DNA of 64,000 nt. Origin: a virus. Shown one piece after another: positions 1 through 10,335 of this stretch (position 1 is the stretch's first letter; each line of letters opens with the position of its first letter). Below the pieces are notes generated by a model that worked only from the letters and a program-made list of their open reading frames with translations, was not told the origin of the DNA and did not search any database. The position numbers and the translations under genes are program-made. Where the stretch lies: positions 1 to 64,000 of the IMG/VR virus record IMGVR_UViG_3300042391_001456; one strand, given 5' to 3'.

Positions 1-3000
1 ATTATCTCTGTGTTTATAATCTGAGTTTAATGTTCCATACATATCATCATTGATGGATTCGTTTATTAAGCTCATGTAATCTATTACATTATCATAATAG
101 ACTTGAATTTCATACAACTTATTTAATGTTGATATTAGCATTGAATTTTTATCGGTATTAAAAATCAACTTTGAACCATTGGTTAATGGTATTGATTTTA
201 ATGTTTTTCCAAATAAATCCAATATTGTAATTTTTCCAGTTTCATAAACATAGATGAATGAATCATAGTAGTTTATAGACCATAGAGATGGAGTTGATGT
301 GTATGTATTTGAATCTTCAACTTGATTATTTCCATTTATAAATTTAATTAGACTACCATCAGTTGTTATTAAATTACTCCCTATTGTGTTTGTTAATACG
401 ATATTTCCTTTTGTATTTATTGGTGTTAATATATCGTTTAATATTCTATATAAATTATTTGAACTATCTTTAATTATAATACTATCATTTATTGAGTCAT
501 AGTGTATAAAATCTTTATTTAAGTTGAGTAAGGTAAATTCTTTTAATTTAGTTATAGTAGAATCTATTTGAAATATTTTATTATCTGATATAATATAAGA
601 TTTATTTTCTTTTTCATTCCATTTTATATTATATAAATTAACATTTAGAATACCATTTAACCCTGTTGTTGTTATGACACTATTTAATGTGTTTTTTATG
701 GAATTTAATTGGTTTATATTTCCAAGTATGGGAGCGGAGTTTAAACTATAATTCGGTTGTATAGTTGTTATATTACTATTAGTATCATAAGTTACTGATT
801 GTGCTTTTCCGGTCCATTTTCCAGTTCCTGTTGATGTGTTATATGTAAAATTAAATTCACTACCTATTTTAATTGAAGTTGTTATATCACCATTGATTAA
901 TATTGTATCTGTATAAACTTTACCACTCACATTATTATTGATTGTTGCTGTAGTTGATAATGTATTAACAACTTCTACGTTATAATTATTCAATATTGAT
1001 ATTGTTCCATCTATAAATATGATATATTTATAACCACTTTTATGATTTGATGATAAATACTTTGGTGTTTTTGTAAATTTTGTTATGTTTGATGATATGT
1101 CTACTATAGGATCAACTCTAATAATTGATTTTGATAGAAGACAATAAATTAAATTATCGAATTTATTGAATTCTAATTTAAGTCCATATCCTTCTGTTGT
1201 TTCTAAACCTAAGTTTATTATATTTTTAACTTTATTTGTCGTTGAATCTACCTTTAATAGGATTGTTGATGTTAATTTTTTTGCTAAAACATAATAGGAG
1301 TTTGATAACTGTACTGTTATTATATCATAAATATTATCAACATAAGTTTCAATTTCCAATAGCTCAACTCCTTTTATTGTTGAATCTATTTTAGCTGAGA
1401 AAAGAGTTTTATTAAAATGATTTAGATTTAAATCTGAGTTTTTTATAAAATCTGGTGTGTAACTAGCCGTTATTCCGAATCCTAAGTTAAATCCTAATGT
1501 TGAGTATGCTGATGAGTTATAAATTGAATTGGTTAATCCCCAAAATGGTCCTTGGTAACTTAATCCAACTTTGTTTTTATCTACATATTGTATATTATAT
1601 TCTTGATTATCATATACAAATCCTGAGTTGTTGATAGATATTAACATACCGGTTGATAATCCTATATTTTCAAAATTTCTAGTATCTATTTCATCATCTT
1701 TGAGAGTTATTTCATTCGATGAAATAACAATTCCGGTATTTGATTTATTTTTATTAATAATAAAAAAATCTTCATTTCCTGGTATTTGTATTTTTCCAAT
1801 ATTTATCTTTATATCCAATCTTCTATCTGGATATTTTGTGTCTACCTTAATTGAGTTATTTATATATGTAACAATTATACCATATTCTAAAAGTGTTGAT
1901 TTGTGTTTTACTACCCAATTGGATAAAGTTAATTGTATACTTATTGACGTGTTGATTGTATATAATTTATCATTTATATCAATAGTTAATAGTTTTGATA
2001 AATTTGATAAATTTGATATATTTTTAAAAGCCAAAATAGAGTTTTCAACGTAATAGTCTCCGCCAGTACCAACCTCTACTTTTAGTGATATTGGAACATT
2101 TGGAAAAAATGTTTTAAGTATTATAGAGTTTTGAAAATCAGAGTAATTACCGATGAAGTCTATTTCAGATACTATTCCTAATGTGTATAGTTTAACATAG
2201 TTAATTGTTAACCAATTTCTAAGAGTTCGATCTATGGTTCTTTCTAAATCCGGTTCACCTGCGTTATATATCCAGATAACATCTGACTCATATATTTGTC
2301 CGTTTATGGTTAATTTAATTCCCCAATCATCGATATCAGTGAAAATAATATTATATTTTGAATTATTTGAATAATTATAATTCATTTCTGTGTTTAGACT
2401 CTCTTGTACCTCAATCAATCTTTCATTTTTTTGAATTGTTGTTGATATCAAATTACTTGGTAATGCTTCTGTGTGATAGAAGTTAACCTCGGCATATTTG
2501 GATGAGTATTTTAGATCTGCTTTTAATTCATCATTTGAAAAATATAAATCTATATTATATAATTCTAAATTTGATCTGTACTTTTCGGCAGTTGATGAAA
2601 ATGTGTTTTTTGCATTTAATGTCCAATTGTATTCAAAATAGTCTTTATTTGTTGTTAAATAAATTTGGCATTTTTGAATATATTCTTTATTTATACTACC
2701 TTTTATTGGTAGAAATGATGTTTTATTCCAATATTCTGAATTTTCAGGAGTTATTGATGAGTTATTTATTTGATCTTGTGTATACGCTTTTACACACTCC
2801 CATATTTGATTATTATAAATAACCTGTGATTGTGTTGCGTAATAAGTTAAATTAAGATTTTTTGAAAAAACCGGTACATTTGATATGGTGTAATAATTTT
2901 TATTCAATTGTGATCCTGATATAGTAAATTCGGATCCTGGTTTTAAATTAGATGGGACATCTAAAAAATTATTAAAATATATTCTATTATCTTTTATTTC

Positions 3001-3816
3001 TAATTCTCCATCATATATTCTCGGTAAATCACTTTTTGTTATAACTTCAATTATTAATTTTGAATTAGTTGGTAACTTATCAATTGTTGTTGAATATTCA
3101 AAGTGTAATAAATCAATTAACTTAGTATTTGATATAGTATATGTGCCATTGTTATTGTTAGTGTTTACCACATTTAACTTTTTGCCATTAAATAATTTAT
3201 CATAAAAATTAGGTTCATTCCAATTTGATAAATTATTTTCAAATTTTGAATTAACATAATCATAAATACCAATGGAATTTACTGAGTTTAGTAGATATAA
3301 GTCTTCCCATGTTGTTGGATTTGTATAGATACTTGAATATTTTAATTCAAAAGTTGCATTATCCACATCCGATATTATCATAATAGCATCTTTTTTAGAT
3401 GATATTACTGTATAAACTCTCATTTCATCCGTAAATTCTAGTATTGCGTTATTAAAACTAACTAGTGTTCCAATTGGATATTTAATATCAAAGTTATCAC
3501 CATATATCCATTTTGAATAAAAGTTCCAATCATTGTTTACTGGTTCGATATTTTTAATTATCTGTTTATCTAAAGTTTTTTGATAGAAATGTATACCAAA
3601 CTCATTGAATAGTTGAAATTTATCCAATGATAGTCTTGAAGGTGATTCGAACTCAATTGATGGTACTTTTTCCATCGTATATAGTCCAAAAGTTTTATAT
3701 GTATCTGATGAGTTTTCATGAAATAGAATATCACCTTCAAATCTTTCATCAAATTGATCATATTTGAAATTTAGGCTATCCCCTTCTTTGTTAAAGAAAA
3801 TTAATGATTCGGACAT
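1..3816 (-). CDS. Large virion structural protein (baseplate/tail-associated?), >1272 aa, runs off the window start
   Basis: Not in the ORF track because no stop lies in the window. ATG at 3816 (MSESLIFFNKEGDSLNFKYD...), reading open in the parts I translated, including the frame at position 1. Late promoter on the minus strand at about 3835-3844. N/T/S/I-rich beta-type composition. Confidence 0.75.
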   Translation of the reverse strand, partial: MSESLIFFNKEGDSLNFKYDQFDERFEGDILFHENSSDTYKTFGLYTMEKVPSIEFESPSRLSLDKFQLFNEFGIHFYQKTLDKQIIKNIEPVNNDWNFYSKWIYGDNFDIKYPIGTLVSFNNAILEFTDEMRVYTVISSKKDAIMIISDVDNATFELKYSSIYTNPTTWEDLYLLNSVNSIGIYDYVNSKFENNLSNWNEPNFYDKLFNGKKLNVVNTNNNNGTYTISNTKLIDLLHFEYSTTIDKLPTNSKLIIEVITKSDLPRIYDGELEIKDNRIYFNNFLDVPSNLKPGSEFTISGSQLNKNYYTISNVPVFSKNLNLTYYATQSQVIYNNQIWECVKAYTQDQINNSSITPENSEYWNKTSFLPIKGSINKEYIQKCQIYLTTNKDYFEYNWTLNAKNTFSSTAEKYRSNLELYNIDLYFSNDELKADLKYSSKYAEVNFYHTEALPSNLISTTIQKNERLIEVQESLNTEMNYNYSNNSKYNIIFTDIDDWGIKLTINGQIYESDVIWIYNAGEPDLERTIDRTLRNWLTINYVKLYTLGIVSEIDFIGNYSDFQNSIILKTFFPNVPISLKVEVGTGGDYYVENSILAFKNISNLSNLSKLLTIDINDKLYTINTSISIQLTLSNWVVKHKSTLLEYGIIVTYINNSIKVDTKYPDRRLDIKINIGKIQIPGNEDFFIINKNKSNTGIVISSNEITLKDDEIDTRNFENIGLSTGMLISINNSGFVYDNQEYNIQYVDKNKVGLSYQGPFWGLTNSIYNSSAYSTLGFNLGFGITASYTPDFIKNSDLNLNHFNKTLFSAKIDSTIKGVELLEIETYVDNIYDIITVQLSNSYYVLAKKLTSTILLKVDSTTNKVKNIINLGLETTEGYGLKLEFNKFDNLIYCLLSKSIIRVDPIVDISSNITKFTKTPKYLSSNHKSGYKYIIFIDGTISILNNYNVEVVNTLSTTATINNNVSGKVYTDTILINGDITTSIKIGSEFNFTYNTSTGTGKWTGKAQSVTYDTNSNITTIQPNYSLNSAPILGNINQLNSIKNTLNSVITTTGLNGILNVNLYNIKWNEKENKSYIISDNKIFQIDSTITKLKEFTLLNLNKDFIHYDSINDSIIIKDSSNNLYRILNDILTPINTKGNIVLTNTIGSNLITTDGSLIKFINGNNQVEDSNTYTSTPSLWSINYYDSFIYVYETGKITILDLFGKTLKSIPLTNGSKLIFNTDKNSMLISTLNKLYEIQVYYDNVIDYMSLINESINDDMYGTLNSDYKHRDN

Positions 3817-3902
3817 TTATTTAATACTTTTTTGGTATATATTAAAAATCACTTCTTTGATAATTATTTTTAATATATAGAATTATAAAAATTATTAATA
3901 TT

Positions 3903-4685
3903 ATGAGAATTCTTAAATTTAATGAGAGTAAAAAAGAAAAAGATGTACAAGATGTAATTTTTGATATTAAATCATTAGAAAAAACTGATGATGATTTAAT
4001 CGGATTTGTAAGTGATTTCGAAGAAGTTAAAGACAGTGAAATAAAGAAAATTAAAAAAGAAATTCAAAATGACGGTGAGACACCTGGTTTGAAAAGGGCT
4101 ATCAAGAAATTTGAAGAATTTTCAGATGAGTTTATTAGTGATAATATTTCAGAGAATATTAAATATCATTTTGATAAATCACTTTCAGTTATTGAGAATA
4201 TTTTCAGACCTGGTTCAGATGAGTTTTTTAACTTATTGATAGAAGGTAGAAAGTTATTTGAAGCTAATAAATTTATTTTTAGTAAATTTGATAAGGAATT
4301 ATTTGAGAAAACAGACATTGGTAAATTTGGATATTTTAGAGGTCAATTAGTTCCATTAGATCTTCCAATGGAGATTATTGAGGAATTAAATGAGGCTGAA
4401 TATAAGGGTAGAGATGTTAAATTAAATAAACCTATGAGAAGTACAGGTCCTAAAAAGTATAAAGTTTATGTTAAAAATCCAAAGACTGATAGAGTTATGT
4501 GTGTTAACTTTGGAGATGTTAAGGGTGGCTTAAAATCAAAGTCTAGTAATGCTAAATCTAGAAAATCATTTGCTGCTAGACATAAATGTCATTTAAAGAA
4601 AGATAAAACTACTGCTGGGTATTGGTCATGTCGATTGAATAGATATAAAAATCTAGTTAAATCTGGAGGTGGTAAATATTGGTAG
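3903..4685 (+). CDS. Conserved phage protein; N-terminal MRILKFNES tag, basic C-terminal domain (KKYKVYV...NFGD...RKSFAARHKC...AGYWSCR)
   Basis: ORF with late promoter at about 3870; C-terminal motif familiar from large-phage hypotheticals. Confidence 0.7.
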   Translation: MRILKFNESKKEKDVQDVIFDIKSLEKTDDDLIGFVSDFEEVKDSEIKKIKKEIQNDGETPGLKRAIKKFEEFSDEFISDNISENIKYHFDKSLSVIENIFRPGSDEFFNLLIEGRKLFEANKFIFSKFDKELFEKTDIGKFGYFRGQLVPLDLPMEIIEELNEAEYKGRDVKLNKPMRSTGPKKYKVYVKNPKTDRVMCVNFGDVKGGLKSKSSNAKSRKSFAARHKCHLKKDKTTAGYWSCRLNRYKNLVKSGGGKYW

Positions 4686-4702
4686 AATAAAATAATTAGA
4701 TT

Positions 4703-4966
4703 ATGACACTTCCATTTAAAGAAACTAAAATAAGTGATAATGTATTTATAAGAGAGTTTAATCAAAATACAGATTCAGACGATTTTGTTTGGCATCTCGA
4801 TAGAGAAGATAGGATAATTGAATCTATTGGTGATACAGATTGGTTAATGCAATTGGATAATGAGCTTCCTAAGAAGATTGAAGGTGAGGTATTTATACCA
4901 ATGGGTATTTATCATCGTTTGATAAAGGGATCAAAAAATCTTAAAGTAAAGGTAATAAAGTTATAA
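4703..4966 (+). CDS. Small cupin-like protein
   Basis: WHLDRED...IPMGIYHRL two-His cupin-like pattern. Confidence 0.5.
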   Translation: MTLPFKETKISDNVFIREFNQNTDSDDFVWHLDREDRIIESIGDTDWLMQLDNELPKKIEGEVFIPMGIYHRLIKGSKNLKVKVIKL

Positions 4967-4975
4967 AAGTAGTAA

Positions 4976-5010
4976 AAAAATGAACCACTCAATTAGAGTG
5001 GTTCATTTTT
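4976..5010. terminator. Bidirectional intrinsic terminator
   Basis: AAAAATGAACCACTC-AATTA-GAGTGGTTCATTTTT between convergent genes. Confidence 0.85.
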
Positions 5011-6140
5011 TAATCAACTTTTGATTTATAATTATCACTATAAACTTTAATTATCTCATCATATTCATTTAAAACACCATTTTTAAAATCATCATTTTCA
5101 TATTTCTGTTTTATAATATATTCTTTGATATAACTTTCATATTCTAGTTTAATTGATATGTCTAATGTTTCTTCATCAATTTCTACTGCTTCTGATATAA
5201 TATCTTCACCATCTTCTCCTTTTTGTACAATATCATCTATGTATTCAACTGATGAAAAATTACCCTTCTCTAACATCATTTCTAATTTTCTTCTTAGTTT
5301 TCGATTGTTTATAAGTAGGTTATTTGAGATTGATATATCAATATAGTCTTTTGTATCGGATAATTCATCTAATTTATCAATATCTTCTTCTTTAATGACT
5401 TTGAACTTTCTAAATATCGGAGATATTTTATTTGGATAGAATATCTCTTTATCATTATTTGTGTCTATTACAAATATTCCTTTTTGATCCCCAGTATCAT
5501 TTCGATCCATTTGAAAAATAGATCCGACAAATGTAAAATTAGAATTACTTTGAACTAAGTGTATGTGTCCTGATCTAACCATTCTAAATGATCTAAAATC
5601 ATCTATATCAATCTTATCATTGTTTTTATGTGCGACTGATGTTAGGTGCATTTTACATCCGTTTAAATCAGAGTGACAAAATAAATAATCACAATTTTTA
5701 TTTTCGTTTATTATATTTACTTGTTCTGATTTTTTTTCAATATAAGGCATCATTAGAATTTTCAGATCATTATATTCTAAAATTGTTGGTTTATCATATA
5801 TTTTAACATTTGGTATGTATTTAAATGGTCTTACTGAATTTATTTCAGATGCACTTTTTGAATATAAGTCGTGGTTTCCTATTATTATGTGAAGAGGAGC
5901 TATTTTTGATATCTCTTCTACAATATCCATTCCGTAATTTAAAAGATTTATTGGAATAACATTTCTGTTATCAAATAAATCGCCTAAATGAACGATTATA
6001 TCACCGTCTTTTACTTCTTTTTTTAATAGTGGAATTAGAAATTCGGAAAAATATTGTTTGTGTATTTTATACCATTTATCAACTGAGTTTGGATAACCAA
6101 GACCTATATGTGAGTCTCCGATAAGAAAAATTTTACTCAT
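5010..6140 (-). CDS. Recombination endonuclease subunit, T4 gp47/SbcD/Mre11-like metallophosphoesterase
   Basis: GDSHIG, HLGDLFD, IGNHD, SGHIH motifs. Confidence 0.9.
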   Translation of the reverse strand: MSKIFLIGDSHIGLGYPNSVDKWYKIHKQYFSEFLIPLLKKEVKDGDIIVHLGDLFDNRNVIPINLLNYGMDIVEEISKIAPLHIIIGNHDLYSKSASEINSVRPFKYIPNVKIYDKPTILEYNDLKILMMPYIEKKSEQVNIINENKNCDYLFCHSDLNGCKMHLTSVAHKNNDKIDIDDFRSFRMVRSGHIHLVQSNSNFTFVGSIFQMDRNDTGDQKGIFVIDTNNDKEIFYPNKISPIFRKFKVIKEEDIDKLDELSDTKDYIDISISNNLLINNRKLRRKLEMMLEKGNFSSVEYIDDIVQKGEDGEDIISEAVEIDEETLDISIKLEYESYIKEYIIKQKYENDDFKNGVLNEYDEIIKVYSDNYKSKVD

Positions 6141-6314
6141 TCATAATTTATTATTTTTTATTTATATTATTTTAATTTATTTAAGTTGAAAAAGGAAAAA
6201 AATTAGTTTTTTAACTTAATATATACATATGAAAGTATAGAAAAAACAAGAGAAATAAATTAAAAAAATATATACTTTATAATTGGTAACAATTAAAAAA
6301 AAATAAAAAAAAAT

Positions 6315-6935
6315 ATGCCACTACCACATTACACTCAATTGACTCAAGTTGGTTCACCGGGTGGGCCAGGTACGTTTCCAGATGAGATAGTTTACACTAA
6401 CCTATTTGAGATTACTTTTGTATTGCCTACTACTTTACAAAACCAACAAAGAAATTCAACATTGTTATTAGAGAATGCAACAAGTGTTGACTTTAACCTT
6501 ACTGAATTTGACTTCACTCAAAAAGAGCAAAGATTTAAATATTCAACTAGAGTATTTCAAACTACTCCTGCTAAAACAAGTGGAGAAATTAGTATTAAAT
6601 TTCAAGTAAATGTTAATCAATCTGGTTCTATGGAGACTTGGAGTACATTAAAAGCTTGGTATGATTTAGTTTTTAATTCACAAGATGGAACAATGCATTA
6701 CAAATCTGATATTATCGGTACTATTATTGTTAATCAACATGATAAAAAAGGTGTTGTATTGAGAAGAGTTACTTTTCAAAATGTTCAGATTAAGAAAATT
6801 AATGGTTATTCATTAGATTGGTCTACAAATGGTACAATTGAAACTTGTCAAGCTGATTTCGTATGGGATTACTTTCTTGATGAGTATATTGATCCACCAT
6901 TTGGAGTTACTCCTCCAATGATACCTGGGTATTAA
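6315..6935 (+). CDS. Tail tube protein (T4 gp19-like)
   Basis: NLFEITF, W..LV.N..G...YK.D, LDW motifs; size; strong late promoter at about 6215. Confidence 0.8.
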   Translation: MPLPHYTQLTQVGSPGGPGTFPDEIVYTNLFEITFVLPTTLQNQQRNSTLLLENATSVDFNLTEFDFTQKEQRFKYSTRVFQTTPAKTSGEISIKFQVNVNQSGSMETWSTLKAWYDLVFNSQDGTMHYKSDIIGTIIVNQHDKKGVVLRRVTFQNVQIKKINGYSLDWSTNGTIETCQADFVWDYFLDEYIDPPFGVTPPMIPGY

Positions 6936-7049
6936 TTTAAAAAGAAAGTTCACATTAGTGAACTTTTTTTTATATGTGTATATAACATGAAGGACATCGA
7001 AAATCATAAGTTTATATTGTTATAAGCTTAAAAAAATAAACGATTATGG

Positions 7050-7415
7050 ATGTATTTAAATAATAAAGAATTGTATATAGAATTAGTGGTGAGTAAGGCA
7101 CAGGGTAGATTAACAAGAAACGCTCAAAAAATGTTAGAGCTTTTAGCAAAAAAAACAATAAAAAAAATGAGGTATTGGTCCAATGATGATAAAATGGATT
7201 GTTATCAAAGTGGATTACTTTATATTTTCCAAAATTGGTATAACTTTAATGAAGATAAATCGGTAAATGCTTTCGCATATTTTACTGAGATATTTAAGAG
7301 AGGGATTGCGAAAGGTTATAATGACTTATATAAAAAGAAAGGGGATAATGAACACCAAATCAGACTTATCTCAATTGAGGGAAGTAACGATGGGATGGGG
7401 CTACATTCATTATGA
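7050..7415 (+). CDS. Late-transcription sigma factor (T4 gp55-like), minimal size
   Basis: YLNNKEL...YNFNEDKSVNAFAYFTEI matches the gp55-family signature. Confidence 0.85.
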   Translation: MYLNNKELYIELVVSKAQGRLTRNAQKMLELLAKKTIKKMRYWSNDDKMDCYQSGLLYIFQNWYNFNEDKSVNAFAYFTEIFKRGIAKGYNDLYKKKGDNEHQIRLISIEGSNDGMGLHSL

Positions 7416-7517
7416 GGTTTCATTGCCCTTCGATTTAGTTGTTTCACCTGGATTTTAAAATGATAAATTTAGAGTACCTTCTATAAGAAGAATTGGAAGA
7501 GAAAAAATAGAAAAGAT

Positions 7518-7913
7518 ATGGAAAGAAAAATACCAAATTTAGAATCATTTTCAGTTTCACCAATTGTAGGTGATGATAAAACAGAAGAAAATTATAAAAT
7601 TCAGATTTATAAATTTGAAAGAAGAATCGAAGAACATCTTCTTGATATATTTAAAAAATTAAATATGAATGTTATTGTAAAAACAGATCCTTATTCACTT
7701 CCTTACAATAATGAATTTGTATATTCTCGTGGGTTTTCTTCATATATAAATGATTCATATGATTACTACTATATAAGTAGAGAAATATTAAAAGATGTTT
7801 TGGAAGTGTATATGCATCAATTTAGATTTTATATCTATGTTGATGTTTGTTTGAAGAGTGATAGTTCATTTGGCGGTGAGGTAAAATACCATTTCAGATA
7901 CTATAAAAAATAA
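7518..7913 (+). CDS. Hypothetical protein
   Basis: ORF with A-rich leader. Confidence 0.65.
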   Translation: MERKIPNLESFSVSPIVGDDKTEENYKIQIYKFERRIEEHLLDIFKKLNMNVIVKTDPYSLPYNNEFVYSRGFSSYINDSYDYYYISREILKDVLEVYMHQFRFYIYVDVCLKSDSSFGGEVKYHFRYYKK

Positions 7914-7980
7914 AACTTATTAATTAGGTTGATATAAACTTTTTTTATTAATTTTAATAAAATGTTTAAATATTTATATT

Positions 7981-8277
7981 ATGAATAAGGTTATATTTCA
8001 ATTTTGGGAAAATTCTATAGAAAACGTTGATGTTATACCTGATGGTTGTTCTATACACATAGATGAGATTGAGTTTAATAGATGGATTGATAGTATTTAC
8101 TCTACCCGTGATTTAAATGATATCCCAGAAGAATATGATAGAGTTATTGGTGATAAATTAATAGCTTTTGTAGAAGATGATCTATTTAAAAAAGTTGAAA
8201 ATTTTAAAACAATAAGACTATCTCAAAATCAACTTAATAATCTTATATTAATGGATGAAATAACCATTAAAGAATAA
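7981..8277 (+). CDS. Hypothetical protein (QFWE...PDGCSIH)
   Basis: ORF preceded by an AAACTT-N12-ATATAA element. Confidence 0.7.
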   Translation: MNKVIFQFWENSIENVDVIPDGCSIHIDEIEFNRWIDSIYSTRDLNDIPEEYDRVIGDKLIAFVEDDLFKKVENFKTIRLSQNQLNNLILMDEITIKE

Positions 8278-8802
8278 TTAAACATTAAATTTCTTTAAAT
8301 GTTCTTCGGTTATGATTATAAAATCATAACCTTTTTTGTTGCACCAATTTATCATGGTTTCCCATTTTTGTTTATTCTTGTACGCCATTTTTAAATCATA
8401 TTCAAAGTTTTTCAACTTTTTACCTTTATCTTCTGGTACTTGTAATCTACCTTCTGTTAAAGCTTGTACAAAATTATATTCTTTCTGTGGTTTAACTTCA
8501 GCAACTACCTGTCTTAAAACTCCATTTATTCTCATTTCATAATAGAAATCGACATGATATACATGGCTTTTTATTTTAGTGTCTCCATTTTCAAAGTGGG
8601 TCATTTGATATGGAATTTGTAAACATTCAGCTCCCCATTTAGTTATCTCTGGTTTTAGATCTAACCAAATCATTATTTTTTTCTCCCAAGAACTCCTATA
8701 AAATAATCCACCTTGATCATTCAATTTAATTACCTTCTCTTTATTTTTTGGTATAAATAAACCACCGTGGTATTTATTGTTATTTGGTTTTGAATTTAAC
8801 AT
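8278..8802 (-). CDS. Head completion nuclease (T4 gp4-like, TnsA-type PD-(D/E)XK)
   Basis: YRSSWE...W..E...IPY...YHVDF...EVKP...N..KW...F.IITE. Confidence 0.9.
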   Translation of the reverse strand: MLNSKPNNNKYHGGLFIPKNKEKVIKLNDQGGLFYRSSWEKKIMIWLDLKPEITKWGAECLQIPYQMTHFENGDTKIKSHVYHVDFYYEMRINGVLRQVVAEVKPQKEYNFVQALTEGRLQVPEDKGKKLKNFEYDLKMAYKNKQKWETMINWCNKKGYDFIIITEEHLKKFNV

Positions 8803-8845
8803 AAAATAAATTTCTTTTATTTATATATAAAAGAAAAAACTTTCT

Positions 8846-9532
8846 ATGGGTTTATTAGACGATCGAGTTAAATTGAGTTTATTAATTAATGGTAATGGAC
8901 TGCCGGATAACTATAAAAATAATGCTCTACATTTAATGGAAAAAATAACAAAGAGTGATAAAGAATATACTGCTATAAATGTTACTGATATAAAAGCTGG
9001 TAGTTTTTGTTTTATTCAATATCAAGATCCATCGAATTGGATGAAATGGTCTCCTGTTTTTATTGTTGACTCAAAGAAGTTTGATAATAAAATAATTATA
9101 TTTGGGGTTAATTTAAATTTTATACCTCTTGAGGTTAGAACAGTTATTTTTGATCCGTATTTTATTGAAAAAAACTTTGATATTAATTTGCCATTAAAGG
9201 TGAATTATAAAGGAATGTATGATGAATTGTTGAAGTGGGGTTTTGAGTATTCATTGGTTGAATATAATGCAATTCAGATAAAAATGGTTCATCAGATAGA
9301 AATGAATTCTGTTCCGAGATTTATAATGTCTGGTCATCCATTGACTAAATATGATCCTCAAAAGTTAATCCAAATCTGGACTAAAAAATTAGAGACTAGA
9401 GATCAGAGACATAATGAAATGATGAATTCCTTAATTTCTGATTTTTATGAAATGGATGGTAAAATTAAAGAGCAATATCAAGTTCTTAAAGGTCATATAC
9501 AAAGAATTCAAAATTCTTTAAGAAGATTTTAA
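8846..9532 (+). CDS. DNA end-protector protein (T4 gp2-like)
   Basis: Y.DP...W...PVF...GVNLNFIP..R pattern; divergent from gp4. Confidence 0.6.
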   Translation: MGLLDDRVKLSLLINGNGLPDNYKNNALHLMEKITKSDKEYTAINVTDIKAGSFCFIQYQDPSNWMKWSPVFIVDSKKFDNKIIIFGVNLNFIPLEVRTVIFDPYFIEKNFDINLPLKVNYKGMYDELLKWGFEYSLVEYNAIQIKMVHQIEMNSVPRFIMSGHPLTKYDPQKLIQIWTKKLETRDQRHNEMMNSLISDFYEMDGKIKEQYQVLKGHIQRIQNSLRRF

Positions 9533-9552
9533 AATATTCTGAAAAAATTTAG

Positions 9553-9560
9553 TATATTTG
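9553..9560 (+). promoter_or_regulatory. Bacteroidota housekeeping-sigma -7 element (TATATTTG), early promoter
   Basis: Matches TAnnTTTG, intergenic, upstream of 9582. Confidence 0.7.
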
Positions 9561-9581
9561 TATATATTAAAAATCTAAAAA

Positions 9582-10028
9582 ATGGACTATAAAACTTATA
9601 TCTCTGCTGCAAAACAAGTATCTACTCTAGGTCAAAAAGATTTATCTTTAAGATTTATCAAACATGCTGAATTATTGGAAGAAATGAAAATAGTTGATAT
9701 GAAATTTGATATTTTGGTAGGTGAAGTCAAATCTTTTAATAATGCTAAATTTCAATCAGCTCGAGTTATTAGAGAGAAAGAAGGTAATACTATTATATTT
9801 ATTTTTACATCAGGTGAAAATACTCACCGTGTTAATGTAACTGTTAATAAAGATGGTTCTGTTTCTTGGTTAGATGGTAATAAATTTTCAAACAGACAAT
9901 CTGTTAATAGTTTTATTAAATTATTTAAACATCTAAAAAATTATAAAAAAGATATAATAAAATTATTAGATGAATTATCACTAACTGAAACTAATCTGAA
10001 ATTCTCAAACCGAACATTTTATATCTAA
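9582..10028 (+). CDS. Hypothetical early protein
   Basis: ORF behind a host-type promoter. Confidence 0.7.
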   Translation: MDYKTYISAAKQVSTLGQKDLSLRFIKHAELLEEMKIVDMKFDILVGEVKSFNNAKFQSARVIREKEGNTIIFIFTSGENTHRVNVTVNKDGSVSWLDGNKFSNRQSVNSFIKLFKHLKNYKKDIIKLLDELSLTETNLKFSNRTFYI

Positions 10029-10032
10029 TATT

Positions 10033-10257
10033 ATGAAATTTGACTATGAAATAATAAAGGATTTTATTATTGAAAAAGATCCTACAGTAAAAAGAAAAAA
10101 TATCATTTTTGAAAATGTTTATTTATCAGAAGAATTAATAATGGCTCCTTATAGAGAACTTATTTGGTCAAATAAATTTAGTGTTAAGTTAGAGGACTAC
10201 GAACATAGACTAAAAGAAAAGTTGAGAGATAATAAACTGAGTGAATTAGGAATATAA
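10033..10257 (+). CDS. Small hypothetical protein with C-terminal RDxK tag (LRDNKLSELGI)
   Basis: ORF followed by a terminator at about 10257-10285. Confidence 0.7.
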   Translation: MKFDYEIIKDFIIEKDPTVKRKNIIFENVYLSEELIMAPYRELIWSNKFSVKLEDYEHRLKEKLRDNKLSELGI

Positions 10258-10335
10258 AAAAAGAGGTTTTTAAACCTCTTTTTTTATTTTTAGGGAGTTA
10301 TTATTTTTATATATAACATTAAAATTAATTTTTTA

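Noticed and set aside
1628-3761. Track ORFs 1628-2053, 2502-2822 and 3570-3761
   Set aside because: Shadows of the long minus-strand ORF 1-3816
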